Origin: a candidate division WOR-3 bacterium
GTDB taxonomy: Bacteria > Hydrothermota > Hydrothermia > LBFQ01
Reading direction: 5' to 3'
Assembly (NCBI GenBank): GCA_039802605.1
Contig: JBDRWW010000007.1
Coordinates: 1,891 to 65,890 of the forward strand
DNA: 64,000 nucleotides
Shown here piece by piece: positions 57,459 to 64,000 of the stretch. The position numbers were made by a program, and so were the translations under genes. Numbering within the stretch: the stretch's first letter is position 1; each line of letters opens with the position of its first letter. A model generated the notes under the pieces. That model was not told the DNA's origin. It made no database searches and saw only the letters and a list, made by a program, of their open reading frames with translations.

Positions 57459-59768
57459 ATGAAAAAGGTTCTTGTAATTTTATCCTTAGCACTGGCGCTG
57501 CCATTATGGGGTAAGGACAGGTTTCCAAAAAGGGCGGGGGATTTTAGGGCTTTTGCGGCCGTTAACGATGCATGGTGGGTTTTAACCACAAACGAAATAT
57601 GGACAACCCTATCAAACTTTGGAGAACACGGAGATGCGAACACGGTTTTACCGGGATATTCTTGGCCGGGCAATGCCCCGGGTCAGAATGTATATTATCT
57701 TTGGGATGGTAGGGTTTGGTTGGCCGCTTATGTAAACGGAACGAAATATGTTACGCATTACGACTACGGCCAAAAGGAGTTTGCCCCAAGTGAAACCAAT
57801 ATGGGTTCGGGTTTTGCTTGGATAGGCCCGGATAAGTCTTCCCTTGATGTTGAGGCCCATTACGACGATTGGAGGCGTAATCCCAATTACAGAAACGGCG
57901 CAAACGGCTTGGGTGTTAAAATCATTGAAAGGATCCTTGCATGGCCTCAATATCCCTTCTCTCAATTCTATGCTTATGAGTTGGGTGTAATATACAATAG
58001 GAGTGAGGCTTCGGTCTCACCCGCGCCGGATACATTGGAATTTTTCATTGGTTGGCAGTACGATGCGGATGTTTGCGGTGCGGATAATACGAGCCCTCAT
58101 ATAGACGACCTCGTGTATTACGACGGGGCGCCGGAGGAATGCGGTATATACTTTACAAAAACCTACAAAATGGGTTGGGAAGATAGTTTAACCGTTCTTT
58201 CGGATACGATTATAAGCCGTCCGGATGGGATCCCCGACGGTTATATCGTTTGGGGTGATGACCCTTGGGAAAAGGCGATTACGCAAGCATATTATTCCGC
58301 AAAGGGCCTTACCGGGCCCGATAGTTTCCCATTGACGAGGCCAAAGAGGGATGGGAGCGGCGATACAACGGTGTATTATTACTACCTGATACCGAGGAAT
58401 ACATCCTTCATTTATGATAGCGATAACCCGACTGAGCCGGGTGATGATACCGGTGATAACGGTTTGTGTCCCGGTTTCATAGGCATGATGTTGTTATACG
58501 CCCCTCCAACATCAAACGACATAACGGGTGTGGGAGGTGGTCTTTCATCCTCTTGTAGTGGAATTACATTGGCCCGCGGTGTAGACCCAAGGGATAGTAT
58601 GAGGATAATATATCCGAGGGCACATCAGTGGTGGAACTGGGAAAACGACCCCGGTGACGATGCCGCAAGGTTTGACTATATGGTAGGAGACCATCCCGCT
58701 ACGAGGCCTTATAGGTTCGCGCCACATCCTTATGATGTGGGTGCAAGGGAGTTTGATTACAGGTTCTTGCTAACAAGCGGTCCCCACAAAATAGCCGATG
58801 GGGATACCCTGTGGTTTGTGGTTATTGGTGCCGTGGGTCAGGGATTAAACGGTGGAAAGAATACGCTTTGGTATAGCGGACAATGGAAGATGGGGTTGAG
58901 GCAAGTAATGGAGCAGGCTTTGAGGACATACTATACGGGTTCGGAGGGTTATTGCGACCCCGCGCATCCTTGTCCCCCTCGTGGTCCTTACAACGGGAAG
59001 CATTGGAGGATTCCCGTTCCCCCATCTTCGCCAACATTGTCTTACGGCCCTTCGGGTGATTCGGTTGTGTTGATATGGGATAAAAAGCCGGAATACACGC
59101 CAGATCCAATAAAGAATGTTATAGACTTTGCCGGATATGCGATTTATAGGGCATTGCATGGTCCAAACTTCAACGACGCTCCTATAAAAATCCTCGTTGA
59201 TGCCACAAAGCCTTACAAAGATAGCGTTAAAAACTATTGGATGTCAATATACCCCGATGTACCCATAGAGGAAGTTAATTTTGCGGGCACCGAGAATAGG
59301 TATGTTGACAAAAGTGCTCCCAAAGGTTTCCCCTTGTTCTATGCCGTTACGGCCTTTGACTGGGAACCATCCATAGGGGCCAGCCTTGAAAGTTCAAAGA
59401 ACAATTATCTAAAATACGCCTCCGGAGCGCCGAGGCCCATATATGTCGGAGGTTCTCCGGGTGGGCAAGATTGGAAGGATAAAATAGTTGTTGTACCCAA
59501 CCCCTTAATAGGTTGGTCAAAATGGTCTGCTACAAAGCAAACCCCCGAGATTCGCTTCTTCAATGTACCCGCGGGTGCCAGAATAGACATATATTCAGCC
59601 ACGGGTGACCATATTAAAACCTTAGAAAACAGGTCTCCGGCTTCCGGTTCCATATCTTGGAACCTCTTAACACCCCAGGGAAGGCTTGTAGCACCCGGCA
59701 TATATTACTTCCGAGTTGTTGATGAGAAAGGCGAGGATTATGTTGGTAAGTTTGTAATCTTGAGGTAG
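57459..59768 (+). CDS. large secreted protein of unknown function with T9SS-type C-terminal sorting domain (cargo 1)
   Basis: Signal peptide MKKVLVILSLALALPLWG. Trp/Tyr/Asp-rich body, FN3-like segment, C-terminal VVVPNPLIGWS…RIDIYSATGDHIKTL…APGIYYFRVVDEKGEDYVGKFVILR. No HEXXH or other catalytic motif seen. Confidence 0.5.
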   Translation: MKKVLVILSLALALPLWGKDRFPKRAGDFRAFAAVNDAWWVLTTNEIWTTLSNFGEHGDANTVLPGYSWPGNAPGQNVYYLWDGRVWLAAYVNGTKYVTHYDYGQKEFAPSETNMGSGFAWIGPDKSSLDVEAHYDDWRRNPNYRNGANGLGVKIIERILAWPQYPFSQFYAYELGVIYNRSEASVSPAPDTLEFFIGWQYDADVCGADNTSPHIDDLVYYDGAPEECGIYFTKTYKMGWEDSLTVLSDTIISRPDGIPDGYIVWGDDPWEKAITQAYYSAKGLTGPDSFPLTRPKRDGSGDTTVYYYYLIPRNTSFIYDSDNPTEPGDDTGDNGLCPGFIGMMLLYAPPTSNDITGVGGGLSSSCSGITLARGVDPRDSMRIIYPRAHQWWNWENDPGDDAARFDYMVGDHPATRPYRFAPHPYDVGAREFDYRFLLTSGPHKIADGDTLWFVVIGAVGQGLNGGKNTLWYSGQWKMGLRQVMEQALRTYYTGSEGYCDPAHPCPPRGPYNGKHWRIPVPPSSPTLSYGPSGDSVVLIWDKKPEYTPDPIKNVIDFAGYAIYRALHGPNFNDAPIKILVDATKPYKDSVKNYWMSIYPDVPIEEVNFAGTENRYVDKSAPKGFPLFYAVTAFDWEPSIGASLESSKNNYLKYASGAPRPIYVGGSPGGQDWKDKIVVVPNPLIGWSKWSATKQTPEIRFFNVPAGARIDIYSATGDHIKTLENRSPASGSISWNLLTPQGRLVAPGIYYFRVVDEKGEDYVGKFVILR

Positions 59769-59778
59769 GAGGTGGAAG

Positions 59779-60768
59779 ATGATGTGGATATTGTTGGCCC
59801 AGGCGGATACATCCGGTAATCCCTTTGCAAAGGTGGGGATAGTGGGGTCCAAGATTTTAACTATAACCACATCCCCAAAGGTGGCGGCTCTGGGTGAGGC
59901 CGCCGTTACACTTTTGGGTTCAGACCCGTTGCTAATGCTAAGCAACCCCGCATCCGTCATATTTGCAACGAATAGGGCCGTTGGAGTCGGTTTTGTCCCT
60001 TATTGGGTTCAAACATACATATCGGATGTTGCATACATTCACCCAATGCGTAGGTATACCTTAGGCTTTTACATACACGGCGTATATTCCGGGGGGTTTA
60101 AGCATACTATCATAGATGAAAGCGATCCAAAGGGTTATAAGGAGTTGGGGACATTTAGTTATACCGGCATGGTTCTCGGGACCGTCGCGGGTGGAAGGCT
60201 AACCGATAGGTTCTCGGTTGCAATAGCGCCAAAATTTATGTGGGAAGGTTTTGGGAATTTTACAAATGTGTGGGCCTTAGCATTTGATGTTGGAACCTTA
60301 TACGAAACCGGTTTCAGGGGAATAAACATAGGTATGAGCGTATTAAACTTTGGGTTTGACCCTTCCCTCAGCGGAACTTACACGAGGTATATATACAGCG
60401 GAGGGGATTTAATAGAAGACACATCAAAATTCTCTTCCTACAAACTACCCTTAACATTTAAGGCGGGCATATCCTTGGACATTTTCAGGGGTGCTTACCA
60501 CTCACTTATGGGCATGTTTGAGATAAATCACCCAAGCGATAATTCGGAGTCCATAAATGTGGGTTTAAAGTATTCATATGCGGGTGATCTTGTATATTTC
60601 AGTTTTGGTAAGAAGTTTAGGGATGGGTGGTGGGTTTCCCCAACCCATGACGAACTCTTCGCCGCGGGTTTTGGATTAAACCTATTTGGCATATCCTTTG
60701 ATTACTCCTACACGGTTAATTATCGTATGCCGGATATTAGCAGGTTTGGTTTTGTTTATACATTTTAA
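59779..60768 (+). CDS. PorV/PorQ-family (FadL-like) T9SS-associated outer-membrane beta-barrel protein
   Basis: N-terminal family signature VAALGEAAVTLLGSDPLLMLSNPASVIFAT (compare [24 protein letters not shown] of PorV/PorQ). Beta-barrel alternation with a C-terminal aromatic (…FGFVYTF). Short N-terminal leader (MMWILLAQA). Confidence 0.55.
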   Translation: MMWILLAQADTSGNPFAKVGIVGSKILTITTSPKVAALGEAAVTLLGSDPLLMLSNPASVIFATNRAVGVGFVPYWVQTYISDVAYIHPMRRYTLGFYIHGVYSGGFKHTIIDESDPKGYKELGTFSYTGMVLGTVAGGRLTDRFSVAIAPKFMWEGFGNFTNVWALAFDVGTLYETGFRGINIGMSVLNFGFDPSLSGTYTRYIYSGGDLIEDTSKFSSYKLPLTFKAGISLDIFRGAYHSLMGMFEINHPSDNSESINVGLKYSYAGDLVYFSFGKKFRDGWWVSPTHDELFAAGFGLNLFGISFDYSYTVNYRMPDISRFGFVYTF

Positions 60769-60774
60769 AGGGGG

Positions 60775-63588
60775 TTGAAAATGAAAAGGTGGTTGTTTAT
60801 TTCGTTATTCGGGGTTATGCCCCTATGGGCTTTGAACATAGGTGATACCATAGAGGTATATTTACCCCAGTTGCGCTCTTCATTCGCCTGGGATAAATTC
60901 CCAACAAAGGCGTATATAGCCGACACGGCATACGGGGCTTATATAGCGGTTTTTAGATACAATTTGTACCCTTTCAGGATAATAGAGGTTGCGAATTTTA
61001 GGGACTTTCCGCCCGCAGCCTGGGAGGCAGGTCCGCAATGGTCCAAGAAGATAGAAATAGAGGGTTCAAGTATATACTATCCCTTTATAAAATACACTTC
61101 TGACGGCTTTACGGGTACCACCTATGTGCAAACCCCTCCAATAAACCTATACATCACAAATACGGTGGATACCGTTGTATTCACATATAAACTGACATAC
61201 CTAAACCCCAACGATACCATAAAGGTTATGTTTGCCAAGGTTTCCGATACCACCTGTTGGGTTTCGGCAGGTGTTATCACCCCTTCACCAACAAGAACCC
61301 AAGGGAGATTCCCCGTGCCCATAGGTGGCCCTTGTGGTTTATCGGATAACGATACGGTTTTTGCCAGGATAGTTTTTGTGGATAATTCAAACCTTTCATT
61401 GGATACCACAAGGTATTTTGCTATATACGATTTCTATGTTGGTGGTAGAACATATAGGCCTTACAGGAAAGCTCCAAGAGATGTCGCACCCGATACCCTT
61501 TCCATTTCAAAAGCCGATAGCATAGTTTCCGATATTAAAAATGCATGGAACGGCGTTAAAAGCGCAATAGACAACTTTATGGGTGTTAATCCGTCCGATT
61601 TGGTCGATAAGGATGGAAACGGCAGAGTCATAATACTTGTAGGCCCATATCATACGGTTAGTCCTGCCGATGTCAGCAACTTTCCCGATGCCGCGTTGTG
61701 GCCACCCTTGGTATTCTACGATGTATTTGACGAGAACAATGCGGAGATTATATATTTAAATACCGCTTGGAACCTTTATTATAGCAAATTCCCAACCTCA
61801 GATCCCAATAGGATTGATTATTTGAGAAAGGCTTTGGCGTTTTATTACGCAAAATATGTTGCTTATAGTGTTGATAGGACCGAAGCGGATACATCAAGGT
61901 ATTCAAGGGCCTTTATAAACATGAACCTGTCGTTTAAAGCCGCTTGGATTGCCCACAAAGCGATGGTTAGCTCCTTTGACCCCGATAGTCTGTACTCTTA
62001 TGCCAAGGGTATATTTAACGATATACTTTATTCGTTTGGAACGGGAGCCGATGCAACATATCTATTTTCTACGGCAACCCTTTACGATGGCAAGATGGCA
62101 AGATGGCGCGACATAGCGAAAAATGCAATTTGGATGCTTTACCTGGAAGAGATCACAAGTGAAAACGATGTCAAAAACGCCATAAGGGAAAGGGATATTC
62201 CGTTTATATATTTACCGGTAATACCCAACTCCGCTTTGAACCTAATAAATTCAAGGGGTAAGACCTTCCAAGAGGCCTATGAAGAATTTTCTTTAAAGGT
62301 TTTTGCGGCGGGCAGGCCTTATATTTCAAGGATTAGTGGCTTTCCAACATTTTCAAACCCGCTACTTAGAAATACCGTTTTATCTTCTAATCCTCCATCC
62401 ATAAGTTTAAAGGCGAATCAGTTAACCCTTTATTCCGCCACGGCATTCTCTTTTGGCTCGAGTTCGGTGTGGCTAACATTTGATGGGGATGATAATAACT
62501 TTATAAACGACACATTAAGCGGGTATAAGGTTTATGTAATAGACACGGTTTCAAACACATTTAACACGTTAAACCTTGATAGCAGAAATAGGGGTTATAT
62601 AACCAGAGCCCCATCATTCGCCTTGATTATAAACTACGGAAATCAGGGTGTATATGTAGCGGGGGATAAGGATACAACGGACGCTTTGGTTAGGCCTGTG
62701 ACCTTGCTAGGTTTCTTCGTACAACCCAATTATGCATTTAAGAGATATGTGGATGTTTATGCCATAACCGATACATTTGCATACTTTGACGCGAGTTATA
62801 ACCGCAGCGCCGATGGATTAGAAGTTATATTCTATCCCAACGACACTTCGAGGTACGGTTATACCATAATAACACTTAAAGGGGTTGCAAACCGCGTATA
62901 CGGTGCTAGTACATACCTTTGGTTTAAGGATATAGCGAATAACTCCTATTACGGGCCTATATACTACAAGATATACCGCCTGCAGAGCTTTGCCGGATTT
63001 GATTATAGGAAGCCCGACAGCGTTTCCGATAGCGGTGTAATACAAAGCGTTAAAATCGGAAAAGAAATTGTTGAGGCTTATCCTAATTTGTTGTATATGA
63101 GATCCCTGTCCTCCGAAAGGGACATACTCGTATTCCATAATCAAAAGGGTGAATTCACGTTTTCCGAGCCCGTTGATGCCGAAGTAAGGGTAAAGTCTCA
63201 AATGGGCGACAGAATTTTTGTATATGACGGAATTGATTGGAAAGAATCGGAGACTTTCTACGATATTAATAAGGGTGAAGCCGTTGCTTATGTATCCGGC
63301 GCTTATAGGGTTTATGTGGGCAAGGACAAACCTTACAGCTCACCATCAACATTTAAAGCCTTTTCCGAAGTTGGAAGAGTTAGGGTTTTAATACCTTACA
63401 AGTCAAATCTCAACATTATAATATACGGGTTGTCCGGAAGAAAGGTTAAGGAAATAACCCTTAAAGACCTACCAGCAGGTGGATACGAGTTTAGTTTAAA
63501 AGATTTACCAAAAGGTGTTTACATGGTTAAAGTTTTTGCGGGCAACAATAAGGCCGTTGTGAAGGTTATAAACGGAGGTGGGAGATGA
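60775..63588 (+). CDS. large secreted protein of unknown function with T9SS-type C-terminal sorting domain (cargo 2)
   Basis: Signal peptide MKMKRWLFISLFGVMPLWA; 937 aa; C-terminal …NLNIIIYGLSGRKVKEITLKDLPAGGYEFSLKDLPKGVYMVKVFAGNNKAVVKVINGG. No catalytic motif recognised. Confidence 0.5.
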   Translation: MKMKRWLFISLFGVMPLWALNIGDTIEVYLPQLRSSFAWDKFPTKAYIADTAYGAYIAVFRYNLYPFRIIEVANFRDFPPAAWEAGPQWSKKIEIEGSSIYYPFIKYTSDGFTGTTYVQTPPINLYITNTVDTVVFTYKLTYLNPNDTIKVMFAKVSDTTCWVSAGVITPSPTRTQGRFPVPIGGPCGLSDNDTVFARIVFVDNSNLSLDTTRYFAIYDFYVGGRTYRPYRKAPRDVAPDTLSISKADSIVSDIKNAWNGVKSAIDNFMGVNPSDLVDKDGNGRVIILVGPYHTVSPADVSNFPDAALWPPLVFYDVFDENNAEIIYLNTAWNLYYSKFPTSDPNRIDYLRKALAFYYAKYVAYSVDRTEADTSRYSRAFINMNLSFKAAWIAHKAMVSSFDPDSLYSYAKGIFNDILYSFGTGADATYLFSTATLYDGKMARWRDIAKNAIWMLYLEEITSENDVKNAIRERDIPFIYLPVIPNSALNLINSRGKTFQEAYEEFSLKVFAAGRPYISRISGFPTFSNPLLRNTVLSSNPPSISLKANQLTLYSATAFSFGSSSVWLTFDGDDNNFINDTLSGYKVYVIDTVSNTFNTLNLDSRNRGYITRAPSFALIINYGNQGVYVAGDKDTTDALVRPVTLLGFFVQPNYAFKRYVDVYAITDTFAYFDASYNRSADGLEVIFYPNDTSRYGYTIITLKGVANRVYGASTYLWFKDIANNSYYGPIYYKIYRLQSFAGFDYRKPDSVSDSGVIQSVKIGKEIVEAYPNLLYMRSLSSERDILVFHNQKGEFTFSEPVDAEVRVKSQMGDRIFVYDGIDWKESETFYDINKGEAVAYVSGAYRVYVGKDKPYSSPSTFKAFSEVGRVRVLIPYKSNLNIIIYGLSGRKVKEITLKDLPAGGYEFSLKDLPKGVYMVKVFAGNNKAVVKVINGGGR

Positions 63589-64000
63589 AAAGGATTATAA
63601 TTCTAACAATACCGATATTGGCCCTTATAATGTCCTGTAAGGTTAAGGAAAACGCTCCGAAAGCCTTCAACAAAGACGATATGCTTGGAAGGGGCTGGTC
63701 GTACTATAAAGATGGCAAGTACGATTCCGCTGCCGCGATTTTTGACAGCATAATAAACGAGATAGATCCCTCCGATATGGAGGCGCATTTGGGTCTCGGT
63801 TTATCGTATGCGGGGTTGGGTTATTACTCTTTGGCCCATAACGAGTTTTCACTCATTTACTCCAAAGACTTACCCTCGTTCATATGGGATATAAACCTTT
63901 ATGTTGATACGGCATACGAAGACACCATTGGGAATACATATAATGCAAAGGCAAACGCGGAGTTGGTCGGAAGACTCCGTGTATTTAGTACAAACCCACC
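63585..64000 (+). CDS. TPR-repeat lipoprotein (5' partial; continues beyond window)
   Basis: MKRIIILTIPILALIMSCK lipobox; TPR-like GRGWSYYKDGKYDSAAAIFDSII…AHLGLGLSYAGLGYYSLAHNEF. ATGA overlap with the preceding gene. No stop codon before the window ends. Confidence 0.45.
   Translation, partial: MKRIIILTIPILALIMSCKVKENAPKAFNKDDMLGRGWSYYKDGKYDSAAAIFDSIINEIDPSDMEAHLGLGLSYAGLGYYSLAHNEFSLIYSKDLPSFIWDINLYVDTAYEDTIGNTYNAKANAELVGRLRVFSTNP

Noticed and set aside
57459-59768. SusD-like lipoprotein following the SusC-like TonB-dependent receptor
   Set aside because: The downstream protein is 769 aa, beta-rich, with a T9SS CTD and no TPR-like helical SusD signature or lipoprotein Cys immediately after the signal peptide.

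Overview
This ~64 kb chromosomal window is gene-dense (more than 90% coding) and holds roughly 60 protein-coding genes. I found no rRNA or tRNA genes, no CRISPR array, no transposase or integrase and no prophage hallmark. The encoded proteins are rich in Lys, Ile and Tyr, with heavy use of AGG/AGA (Arg) and ATA (Ile) codons, which is a thermophile-like, moderately low-GC signature. Most genes have no Shine-Dalgarno sequence; only a handful are preceded by a strong AAGGGGG. Several large secreted proteins end in T9SS-type C-terminal sorting domains. The window also encodes a PorV/PorQ-family outer-membrane barrel, ExbB-ExbD-ExbD-TonB and a TonB-dependent receptor with a CarbD_reg N-terminus. 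Together these point, by inference, to an FCB-superphylum-like thermophilic bacterium. The housekeeping content includes sucD, an alpha/beta hydrolase, eno, an M28/PDZ peptidase, rsmE, gltX, a class-III aminotransferase, ruvB, an inositol-3-phosphate synthase, a Sir2 deacylase, an MFS transporter, ftsK, a GT39 glycosyltransferase, recJ, purD, ferritin, PBP2, an Amidase_3-type amidase, methylmalonyl-CoA epimerase and an RND pump. Six things stand out. (1) A roughly 12 kb co-directional operon (sigma70-like promoter, exbB-exbD-exbD-tonB, a TonB-dependent receptor, a T9SS cargo protein, a PorQ/PorV-like OMP, a second T9SS cargo protein, a TPR lipoprotein). (2) Two paralogous proteins built from ~26-aa Gly/Asp-rich repeats (GxDxY...QGxG) with unknown N-terminal domains. 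(3) An archaeal-type geranylgeranyl reductase together with an inositol-phosphate synthase. (4) An sbtA-sbtB (bicarbonate transporter / PII-like) pair. (5) An orphan McrB-like AAA+ GTPase with no McrC. (6) A tandemly duplicated small-lipoprotein cassette whose second copy is frameshifted. All functional calls come from motif recognition by eye; I ran no database searches.
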